DNA from: Botryllus schlosseri
Taxonomy: Eukaryota
DNA length: 64,000 nucleotides
Direction of reading: 5' to 3'
Assembly: GCA_051294905.1 (NCBI GenBank)
Contig: CM119371.1
Span: 24,368,001-24,432,000, forward strand
Part shown: positions 26,801-38,800 of the stretch, piece after piece
Layout: each line of letters begins with the position of its first letter
How positions within the stretch are numbered: position 1 is the stretch's first letter
Translations under genes and position numbers: made by a program
Notes under the pieces: generated by a model
Told to the model about the DNA's origin: nothing
What the model saw: only the letters and a program-made list of their open reading frames with translations
Databases searched by the model: none

Positions 26801-29800
26801 TTCCGCTGTTTCGCACCTACAGAATAGTCTGCTGTTCACAGTCGCAACTTCATCGCGATAGCACAATTTTCGCACCTCGAACAGTAGAACAACATCGCGC
26901 TAACTCAGTTGTCGAATCACATAGGCCAAGCATTTTACGCGAAATGAAATATTGTATTGTGGTATACAAATAAGCAAACTATTCTTTCAATTCGACAAGT
27001 CTAGTTAACTGATCGATTTTCAATCTTCCGACACAGTTTTTAACACGCGTGAGTTGATATTTCTTCCCAGATACGAGCGAGGCTTTGGTCCATTGATCCA
27101 GCACCACCTCTCCGGTATCGTCTTTTAATGCAAAACTGTATAATTTCAACTCCTTTCCGGTGCCAGAATTGACCATCTTCTCCTCTCGAGAAACACAAGT
27201 AGCGGCGATGGATACTTATTCATCTTTATTCCCGTATACCGATTCACAGGTCAATAATGGATACTCTTCAGTCGTATGTCTCGTTTTCCATGCGGGGTTA
27301 CTGACGAAGCTCGACACAGTAATACAGTAGGTTTTCCAGTGAATTTATCAATTTGGACCCAACCGGATTTGACCATGAGTTTTTTTCGTTTGGAGAATGC
27401 TTTCTCAATGTTCCCGAACAATTCACGATTGAAACACGTGAAAGATATCTCTTCGTTATTACCGTCGATGAATATACCTTTGAGATATTGACTAACACGA
27501 CCTCTTTTGGGCGATGAAACGAATTTGACGCCGACGTGAAAATTTGAAGTTGCTCCGACTTGCATACTGCTGACACTGTTCGATGCCATATCGGTCGGTA
27601 ATATGAAATTCATCAACAAATTCATCGACATTTATAGAATTAGGTGCGTGGTATTGAGCGAATTAACAGTCTTTGTATAACACTGATGATCCTTGTGAAT
27701 AGACTTGGTTTGAAATAAACTTTACAGGGATTCTGTAAGAAAGTATACCGTTCACAAGTGACAAATAATACGAATGAATTTTCTTCTTACCCAATCGCTA
27801 GTCAATGTACTGTAGTGAGTATTCAAGATGTCTGTTGTTAAATCTCTATACACTGCGACGGAATGAATGTCACTTTTCATCGCCGCAATGCTTATGAGAC
27901 TCAAAACGCCATTCCAATCGACGCCGTATGATCGAATCGTGTTAACCAACGCGGTAAAATCGCACTTTCGAACACGGTTCACGATTTCTCCATGTACATA
28001 GAAATCTAGTACTCCGTGGATGAATTTTTCCGTTTCGCTCAAGGTGGGAGTTGTTAAGTTATGATAGTACAGAAGGTAATTCTCAATAATCGCGCTAGTT
28101 GCCATAACAGATGTCTGTAACAATAACTGCGAAGAGAACCTCGATAAGGTGTGAAACCCCGCGCGGTATCGAGAGGGAAAGGGTTGTTACACAATAGCAA
28201 TAAAAAGCGAATCGCCTAAGCGCGTGAAAATGAACCCTATAAATAGATCTCGGCGAGTGCCGTACTTTATTGATTCAGACATAATCCACGGGTTGGAACA
28301 GCTGTATTGAGGTATAGTAACGACGTATTTGGTGAGCTGAGCGTATTCCAGAGCAAGTCTACGGTTAACTATTTAATAGGTAAGTTATTTGGTATGCCTA
28401 CTTTGATTTATGAATATGATTTGTTGTTCGTTTATCCACCAGACAAAACAAGCGCAGAATTAAAGAATTGTATCGGTTAGTTATTACTGTTCAGAACGAT
28501 AGGAGCACGATGTAACGATTTTTGTTGTTGAACAGACAAAGCAAACTCAAGGATTATTAACAACACGCAAACCTACTGGTGAGTTATCTGGTATAACACT
28601 ATGTTAGCGAACGTAGTTTGATGTGTAATTTGTTTTATTAAGCATAAAGTGGCGAAGACACCAGCGAATAAACTAGATTGTAAGTAAGACTAGTTTAATG
28701 TTTCGAAAAGTGCTGAATTTGACTGCGTGGTATCGCTTTTACAGATGAGTCGACGACGGAGAAATCGTGTTCGCGAAGAAGAGAATGCACCGCCAGAGAT
28801 CGGCGAACAATATCAAGAAGTTGTATCGCAGAACTGGCAAGCGATAAAATCGTATGTAGTGAATGAGAGTCGACGCGTGTATAATATTCGGGTCATCGAT
28901 CGTGAGATATCGGATGTTTTCCGCGATATCCAAGCTATATTTTCCTCAGAGTCGACCCGTTTAAAAGTGAATTTCGCGTATGCATTTATTTTACACCACA
29001 TCGAAACTATGAGATTTCGTTATTTCCACGCATCCCCAAACATCGATAGTGTATTAGAAACCCCTGCGGCGATTTCGTCACTAGCTAAATTCGATGAATT
29101 TGTGGGGTCTATACACTTGGAAACCGCGCTAGATTTCCTACAAGACTCTCGACCTGATACAAAATATCGGGCGATCTGTCTGACTAATGTACAGTTTTAT
29201 GTATATCCTACCGATGGCATGTTGATTGGCTGTGTTGGTATTAAACTACCGACATGGCTTGCAAAATCGAAATGTATCTTGACGATGTTACGTCGAAAAA
29301 ATTGGAAACTGTACAATGACAATCTTTGCGCTTTTCGTTGCATCGCCCACTCACTAGGAAAAGATACAACGGAAATTGCTCAACAATTCACTTCGGTATA
29401 TGGTACCAGTGTTGAAGCTGGCGTAACTCTTGACATGCTGGACGATATCGAGACCTTGTTTAATATCGCAATATTTGTATACACCAAGACCGAGGGCAAA
29501 GCTGTCACACTCCGGCGCAGTACGTTTGAGGCGAAACCTGTTTACCTACATTTAGAGGATCGCCATTTTTGCTTAATTACAAACGTGAACCGTTATGCGA
29601 AGAGATATCATTGTGATACTTGTGAAAAATTCTTTGATTTACAACATGAATTGGCCAGACACAAATGTGTAACGGGTTCTGTTGAAGTGTTCCCTGGCGG
29701 TGTGTATACACCTCCTCTGAACTTATTTGAAAAGCTCGATCTCGAAGGGGTATTCGTTCCCCTCCAACTTCGTTATTTTAAATACCGTATCGCGTTCAGT

Positions 29801-32800
29801 ATAGAGAGCTTGTATGATACCTACGATACCTCAAAAACTTTGCGAGAGCGCCAGAACATTCCCATCTCTGTTAGCATCTCGTCTAATTTGGAAGGTTACT
29901 TGGAGTCGCATGTAATTGTCTCGAGTGGTGATACAAACGATTTGTGCGCACAAATGGTTGACCATTTTCACGATATTCAAAGTGAATCATTCAGACTTTC
30001 ACTCACGGAATATCGACCCTATCTGGACATGCTCAAATCGGAAATTACCGAGATGAAAGCGCTCGATGCTTCAAAACACCCAATACCCCTTGAACGTTTA
30101 CAAGTGGAGTTTATGCGTTATTTACGTCAAATTCCTGTGTTATCAAAGCGTACTTGTTTGGTTTTCTCGTTGACGACAATCTTAGTGTACTGAAACGCGG
30201 TAACAAATTTCTCTCAATGACGACCAACAGACTTCAATTCTTGGATATTGTGAATTACTTGACACCTGATTTCTCGTATGATTTATATTTGGAAGCCTTC
30301 AAATGTAGCTCCGCTAAAGCTCACTTCCCGTACCAGTTTCTGACTAGTTTGGAAAAGTTGGGTAACTCGAGTCTTCCTAACCACGATGAGTTTTACAACC
30401 CGCTAAAAGGTCGCAATATATCAACATCAGAATATGAAAACTGTTTGAAGGTTTGGAATGACAACAAAATGACCTCTCTTCGTGATTATCTCAAATGGTG
30501 CAACGCGAACGATACTCACTACCTCATAGAAGTTTTAGAAAAACAATTCCAATCTTTCAAAAGTCAATTCAATGTTGATATATTCAAGGAAGCGGTCTGT
30601 CTGATCGGGGTTGTATCGAGACATCTTTTTAATAGCATCCCGCGTGATTTCACAATGTTGAACGACAAACATAAAGATCTGTTTTCGCTATTCAGAGACA
30701 ATTTAGGGGGTGGACCATCGATCATTTTCCATCGACACCCAAAACCAGGTGTAACTCGAATCAAAGAACATGTCTATAAGGAAAATGCACAGATTGCGCA
30801 ACATATAACAAGTTTGACTAGCGACTCACTCTATCTGTATGCATTAAGTCGACCAAGTCCAACCGGATTTGCGGTACGTTGGCAGCCAATTGGCGTCGAG
30901 TGTACTAAATTCAAACCTGTCAAGACCGCACCGAAATGCTCAGAGACTGTCACTCAGTGGATGAATTGGTATTCGATACGACTGATACCCCCGCGGCTTT
31001 TTCAGATCACAATATGAAAGATATTTACATCGCACAAAATACTCCACTTGATATTCACATACTATACTAAACTACGGAATGGTTGATCAGACTCTACAAA
31101 ATGTTTTGATATCGTTTTTTACACGAATGGCCACGTATCTAAATATTCAAATAATCCAACACACAACTATAGTACTTACAGAAATATCATAAAGCTGTTG
31201 TAACAAAGTTGTCTGAATATACTATTTAATTGAATATTGAAGTTTTGTATCTCGAAGAAGCTCTTCAAAGTTGTATGTGTACAATGTTTATCGTGAGTCC
31301 TACTACACATTCATGATATCCATCCGAGTGTGACTTTGAGAAAACATTATACCGACATCGCGACATCTTTCAAGATTAAAACCACGGTGACTGCTTGAGA
31401 GACCTACCAATGATATCACAGTAATACAGTTATTTCCACAAAAGAGTATGTATTCGACTTACTTTCCACAAATCTAACGCACAAAACAATTTACTTTGCC
31501 AACGAAAAGTGCTGAGTCATCATATGATTGACCTCATAACAATACAACTAAAACATACTGTCATACAAAATGTCCGCTATAGCCACCGACTGTAAATCAC
31601 ACAAGCAGTAAGTTTCAAGAATCCGGTTATTGAAAAAACGTTAAGGTGTTTCTCCTGCGTCAAGTCGTTATGTTGACGAAAGCGTATATTGTAATATCAT
31701 GATCGATTTGTATTCGTTGGTCACAAACTGTCACTACTCTAAATAATTATTTTTCACTCAAACACAAAAGCATACTTGTGACCATTCGTTTTCATCAAGT
31801 ACGAGTTCAAGAAACTTACTTACTACGACATGAATTATTATTTTTATGTTGTGTAAATAGGTAATAATTAATTTTAGTAACACTATATCAACGTCATCGA
31901 GTTGTGCGAATAGATTTACATGTGGTCTTGTGGTTGCATACAGCATGTTCTAATGTAGAGTCATCTCTATTGTACAGCTACTCGGTAATCGAAATGTATG
32001 CATTCGCATTTGAACAACGATCTTGTTTTGTCTTACCAAAAATATGTTCACTGTCGCGATACTCTACACAAGATGTGTAAATCCACACTCATAATAGTAT
32101 ACCGACGTCAAGCGATAACGTTTAACAACATCACTGACACTGAACATACGACAGTTACCAGAGTAAAAATACATTGTCCTTCGGATACATGACGTTTACC
32201 TGTGTAAAATTACCATTTTTTCACTTGGAGGTCTGCCGTAAAAATACCATTGTCCTTTGGAGATCTATCGTTTCCTAGAGTAACAAAACCATTTTCGTTT
32301 GGAAATATATTTTTTCCCTGAGTAACAACCCCTTTTCGTTTGGAAATATATTTTTCCCTGTATAACAAACCATGTTCACTTGGAAATATATTTTTTTTGC
32401 TGAGTAACAATACCGTTTGCCTTTGGAGATCTAGCGTTTACCCAGAGTATTAATACATTTTCACTTGGAAATCTGACATTTACCTGAGTAACAATACCGT
32501 TTTCACTTGGAAATATATTTTTTCCCTGAGTAACAAACCATTTTCACTAGGAAATATATTTTTTCCCTCAGCGACAAACCATTTTCACTTAGAGATGTGA
32601 TGTTTACCTGAGTAATAACACCATTTTCGTTTTGAAATCTGACAACTACACGCATCAATTTGGTGTTTGTTTTATTGGTGACAGTTTGAAATTGATTACA
32701 AGGAACAGTGATGAAAATATAAACGGACAACCGGTTTCAGAGTATACCCACGTCTGTCGTATCACATCAATATCATCGGTTAACCACATGAAATAACAAT

Positions 32801-35800
32801 ATGCTCTTGTATATCGAAATGTATGCTTTGGAAATCGACGAATATTATGTGTCCTGGTGTGTGTCTGTGGGTGTCCCGGTTCGTGCTTTAGCCTCCCACA
32901 GAGTCAATATGTTGAAATGAGCAACCTCCGACTTTGGTAACTGCTTGGTACATGGATAATGATTGAATTTATGTCCCCGTCGCGCTAACAAAGCCGGGTT
33001 ACTTGTGAGTTTTCTCACACATGTTTACTACATTGTGTCTTTATTGGTCGATACATGTCGCTCCAGTCAACTGAAACCGGATCACTAATATGAGAAAGTG
33101 TGTGGGCCGGATCCGGATATTCACTCATGAGCCAACGACCAATATTCAAGTAAACATGTTACAGACCGTGTTCTGGCTCCATGAAAAATACCAATGCATA
33201 CACCATCACACACATCAAGTACGTCACGATTGTTCACAAGTATTCGCTAACGAGGTGTACAAAAATGGGTCGGTGTGCAAACATCATGGGACACAAATTC
33301 ATGTTCTCAAGTCTCATCACGCGACGACTCTGTACATTCAATGTGGATATACATTGTTCTTGCTATGATGCATATTTTGCTGTGCACACTGTGTACACTG
33401 TGTATTGTATACCAGTACTATGCTTGGATGTTTACTGCTGATTTCCCATGATTTTTATCTTTTGTTATTTTTTATGACCACTGGTTAGTGGTTAACCGCC
33501 ATAATTGTTAGTTTTGATAGACTTACATCTTGCCATATTTACTCATTTGTAACTCCGCTGGGTGGCGACTGAATCTACGACCTTCCGGTCCCCCGTCGTC
33601 TCCCAATCCATACCAATTTACATGTTGTGTTTGTTGGTGAGATGAATAAAAGCATACTGACTGACTGACTGACTGACTGACTGACTGTCTACAAGCGAAC
33701 TGTAGTTTTGCTGACCCTACCAGTCTGTGCATACCTTTAGATCTCTTTCTTTGGTATGATTGAGGACTTTGACAGCACTTACGGGTAGATTCATTATGCT
33801 GTAAGAATCGCCGACAGGTGTCACGCATAAACGGACGATTCAGTCCATCCTTAGAGCATTCAAAACTTAAATTATATACCACGACCAGAGCCTAATGAGA
33901 TCAGACAAAGTATTATCACTGTCAAGATTTCTATTTGTAATAAATGATGGTACATCCCTTCTGAAACTAGAAATTCGTACGCTACTTGCATAAGTGCCAT
34001 TGCAATGTTTCTTTGTGTGTTTTCCCTCGATTAAAGCAAGGTACACAGATTGCAACGGTTACCTTCAAAATAAGCCAGTCGTGTTTCAAACGTTTTTGTG
34101 AAACAGCTGTCTTTTGTTCGTTATGTAATATGTTAAACATATCCCGAATCAATCTCAAATCATCATATGCGGACCAACCTACAATGCGCTTACAGATTCA
34201 CCGCCGTTAGCAAACTCCTCGAACATCTGATCAGCAAGCCGCCACTGTCGTAGTTATTCAGGCATAGCCGCTTACCCAATCAAGCGCCGTGATTTCATGA
34301 TTAGGGGAGATGTGGTACCGATGGATCACTGGGACCGAAAATACTTTGAAAATTCTCCATGATAATTCCATGATCACACTCCGTGAACTTGTCTACAATT
34401 GCATGCTGGCAAAATCTTTCCTCACATACAAAAAAATTCGACGTGCACGAGCTACGGGGTCTCTCACAGATGATTTTTGTTTTGGGGGTGTAAACTAAAT
34501 TTAGATCGACATATACATTTTTCTTTAAAACCTTCAACACGAACAAGCCAGCGATCATTTTTATTGTGAAGTATAGGGCTTGTATCAGGCTATATAATGG
34601 CACCTATTATTTTTTTCAGTACTTTCCTTGAGTGGACTTTTTTTCGATTCATGTATAAAATTCGTAGGGTGGGGACCGATGATACAATAGCCAAATCAAG
34701 CAAAATAATCAAGCATACTAATCATGAAAGAAATGAAACATGCCTACGTGCAGAAAATCTTTATGTAATAATTGCATATGATGTTTTATCGCTATAACGA
34801 GGTATTGGGAAGTCACACTGTCGATTTTCGGGCAATATGTATGTACCCACAAATTTATAAATCCGAGCCTAAATCGAAACGTGATTTTATGACAACATTT
34901 GAGTTAATATTTATTTTATTTTTTGACAGTTGCGACCAAACATTCTTCTTTGGCTTGCTGCAGCTTAGATTATAATACTGAACAAGAAAAGTAGGCACAT
35001 TTGAGTTTTTAGGGTATATGTGTGATAGATCTCCGGGTCGTGTGTCATTGGACCCACCGGGTGGGGACCTATGCCACGTTCGAGCAACAAATTTTAAACG
35101 TCCATAAATATTTTTTGAAAAGAAGGATATTCATGTATATGTGCGCGATACGTAGAGCTTGTATCAAAGTGCTGAGCCAGCAAAAGATCTGCTGTTTTCG
35201 GCTGAACATTTCGGGGCCAGCAATCATTTTCCAGTTTTTGATCCATCGGTACCACATCTCCCCTACTAGTCTTCTCGCCGTTCTATGGTCGCTGGTACGC
35301 CCACTCTGTAGCAGCCACTTTCAAACGCATTTAGACACATCTTAACGACTTTCCTGTGAACTTATTGCAGGGTCATCGACGTTTTTTTATCAATAATCTG
35401 TACAATGAGACATGGATACGCAGGATTTGTGAGATTTTCCAAATTATGGACAACCCTAGTATCCATGTCTCATTCTGTAGATTATTGATAAAAAACGTCA
35501 ATGAACCTGCAATAAGCTCATATTAAAGTCGGTAACAGTTGTCTAAATGCGTTTGAAAGTAGCTGCCGTAGTGGGCGTGTTAGCAACCATAGAACGGCGA
35601 GAAGACCAGTAATCACGAAATCACGTCTCTTGATTGGTTATTCAGCTATGCTTGAACGATCACGACCACAGCGGCTTGGTGATTATGTGCTTCTATTAGT
35701 CCAAGGAGATCGCTAACGGCAATAATTATGTAAGCGCATTGTACATTGGTGATTTAATAATAAAATGAGACATCTGGTCATTGAATGTTTTAGTGTTAAA

Positions 35801-38800
35801 ACTAGGTAACGATAGGTTTAGACTGTTTAGAGCAACAATAGCCTCTTACAGTCATGACAGAGGTGAAGCAGCGAATAATTGTGAACTTATAGAACTAAGT
35901 ATAGATCCAAGAAATACATATATTATATGCTTGAGATTACGCCAAGTGGTCCTGCTTTTCTGGGTTCAGGTAAGGCATATTAGACATCACCAAACTGGTG
36001 CAGCATAACATGTGAGATGGATGCTGGACACAATCATGTATGCTCAGAAGATATGTGGGCCGACCAGGTAGCTTACATTGGATTTCTCAAGAAGAGTGTA
36101 GGCCTAACTACCACACCGCTTCAATCTATCCGTTTTGTCCATGTCTGGATTGATTCAAGCATAAGTCGTTATGCAGCCGGTAATGATCTAACATTCATTA
36201 AGGACATGCTAAGCAATGCAAGCAAACTGTCTTTCTGCTGGTCCTACCAGCACAGTTTGTGCTTATCTTTAGACCTCTTTGCCCGGCATCATTGAGGACT
36301 ATGATATGTTGTTTTCCTTTTGACGCATTGCTCAGAAAATACTTGGTGCGCGTTGCTCTGAAAGCTCGTGTGATAAATAAAATTATTGCTTTGCAAGTGG
36401 ACGTTAAATAAGCTGTGAAAGCAACCAAGATCTTATTTTATTTATTGTTACTAGCAGTCAAGCCATGATTCGACTTAAATTGTAAGAACACTGTTCCGAA
36501 TACCAATGAGTTGCCCTATGAGCATGACATTCTGCGAGCTGGAAGTTGGCATACAATAAAGCTCAATCACATCATGGCCAAAGTTCCCTCTAAGCTGCGC
36601 ACGTGCGCAAATGCGCAGTGCTGAAACGGTCTCTGCGCACAGAAAATCTAAGTTGCGCACAAAAAATTCGAAGTGATGCTTTTTTTAGTCGTTGCGCACT
36701 GTTGTCCAATGGACCACGCTGGCGCGCTGACTCGTGACAAATTAGATGAAGCATTGCCACGGGCAAATAGTGTTATCACTGAAGTCTGAAACCGAGGTTC
36801 AAGTGCGGCCCGCAAAGGTAAATATTACGCTCCGTGAAGAAATGAGAATTTACAATCACGTGCGCCTCACGGAAGAGATATTTTAAAGTATGGTCTCGTA
36901 CGCGTGAGCGATACTGATATCATTTCAATAGCGAAGTATCTTCTGGGAATGGCGAAGTAACATGGTTTACCAAAGTTATAAATAACAATGGGCCAGCTCG
37001 AAGTTAATCTGCGAGAAACTAACGATCTCCGCGTGGTATGAACATTGCATAAGATTTACTCAGGACCGTAACTGCCGCACCCCAAACCCCCCATTTGGAG
37101 GGGCCGAGCTCGAAGGGGGCCCAAAATTATTTCGTGAATTAACATAAATCATAGTGTATTTTTTGAAATAATCCGTGAATGTTTTTCGCGCTGTGCGCGA
37201 TTTAATACTATCAGATATATTGAATATTGATTACACTTTCCCAACAAAAAATACGCATGCTTTATAGAAATGGGCACTTGGGCGTCGGCCATGACCGCAC
37301 CATGACGGGCCATGACATATGAAGTTACAGGCTATGTAACATGCGACTCTGAAAAGTGCGCCAGAACGATCAGCCACGAGAAAACCTTGGTCGAAAAGGA
37401 CTGCCCTTATGCTGACCGAAAACTTCGATATATATACATAGTTTAATATGTCCATAGGGGCCTAAATGAATGGCGGCGAATGTTCCTGTTCTGACGATCC
37501 GAGTCCCACAGCAAGACGAATGCCATATCGAAGGAACATTATTTTCCGATAAAGAAATGCCAATTTGAAATCGTGCACGTGTTTTAGTTTAGTACGTTTG
37601 GGCGATTTCAACATCTTTTGACACAGCAGATGGGAGGTCCCGAAATAGCATCATGTCATCATCAGTCATTAAACCAACGGGTAGGCCCAAATATATTATT
37701 ATTTGGAGTGCCAATCAATTCCAACACATCTCACTCGATCAGCTCTACCGGTAAATCTGATTATGTGAGCATGGAGAGGATAAAAATTGATAGCAATATA
37801 TATGCAATTCCTGATGATATTGGCCGATGCAATCAAGAATTATATAAATTTTTCACGCTTCGCGCGTTTAGGCGACCCAACCCCTAAACGGGAGCCAATG
37901 TAGATGATAATGACCGGTAAAAAGCCTAGGTGCCGAGGGGGGGGTCTGGGGTGGCGAAGCCCCCCAGAAGTTATGGAGGGGGGCTGGTTGCGCACTGTTG
38001 TCCAAGGGCCTGCGCAGTGAGTTGACGTGTTTGCGCAGACTCGTGAAAAATTAGAGGGAACATTGATCATGGCCTTTCATTTTAGTAGTGAAACCGTTTC
38101 TCAAGACTCTGCCGTTACAATATAACAAAATTCCTCGACAATACAGCAATCAAGCAGTCCGTCGACAACTGAAGCTCGTTCATTTATCGACATTACAATC
38201 ATTATCATACTAATATAATATAATTGATTTTCGAACATAAAATTGAGCCTGGCAAACATGATGTTGAAAACACCCAGATTTCTAGGACAAAAACCCTGAA
38301 ACCCCGGTGATGCTCGAAAAACCCAGATCTGGGTGGAAAAACCCAGGAGTGGCACGTCTGCTCCCATGGTAATATAATTATGGAAAGGCGTCGATCCACT
38401 GATTTATTTGTAACCAAAATTACAAATATACGTCGCAGACTGTATGAATACTATAGATTTTACTACAGGCGGTCGTCGAAGCAAGTTGTTAGGCCGGCTG
38501 GTATGTTGTTGCACAATTAAGTTGGCACGTAAGTAGCTTATATACAAGAGACACAATAGAGCATATTGCTTTGTTTCACAAGTACCATACTGCTTGATAG
38601 CTTATCCAACAGCAGTCGACAAATGCAAAAGACACAGCATATAGGCATTGTGTAATTACTAGGGCCATTTTTATATGACCTTAAAAAATCAATTATATGA
38701 CTTTATTTTTGGAAAAATATGACTTTATATGACTTTATGCGAAAATCGTGCATTTTTACATGCAACCAACGTCACTCATGGAACTGACGAGTTAAACATG

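Larger units (their letters stand above)
26130..32700. mobile_element. Truncated Polinton/Maverick (adintovirus-like) endogenous viral element; right boundary uncertain
   Basis: Starts abruptly with AGTAGTATAGTAG at 26130, where similarity to the host element's TIR stops; AG/AGT-repeat termini are typical of Polintons. Subterminal repeats and a pPolB ORF follow. No matching right TIR, integrase, ATPase, protease or capsid gene was seen. Confidence 0.75.
23881..35458. mobile_element. 11.6-kb hAT-type non-autonomous element enclosing the Polinton relic
   Basis: TIRs begin TAGGGTTGTCCATAATTTGGAAAATCTC (~190 bp match once the Kolobok insert is removed); perfect 8-bp TSD GTATCCAT at 23873-23880 and 35459-35466. 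Confidence 0.85.
23834..35750. mobile_element. Older copy of the same hAT-type family, interrupted 47 bp from its end
   Basis: 23834-23880 plus 35467-~35750 rejoin into a continuous copy of the TAGGGTTGTCC terminus; its far end was not located. Confidence 0.75.
23608..38360. mobile_element. Outermost hAT/P-like MITE hosting the nest
   Basis: TIR CAGAGATGCCACT / CAGACGTGCCACT; AAAAACCCAGAT subterminal repeats at both ends; TSD GTCCCATG/CTCCCATG (7 of 8). Confidence 0.7.

Noticed and set aside
28727..31017. Two separate genes or a programmed frameshift
   Set aside because: The frame break coincides with loss of the Exo II motif, best explained by a deletion in a single pPolB gene.
32190..32645. 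CRISPR array or coding repeat (ORFs 32210-32410, 32503-32730)
   Set aside because: Head-to-tail minisatellite without unique spacers; the ORFs are by-products.
36000..36430. hAT dimerisation-domain remnant on the minus strand
   Set aside because: Too degenerate to support without a profile search.
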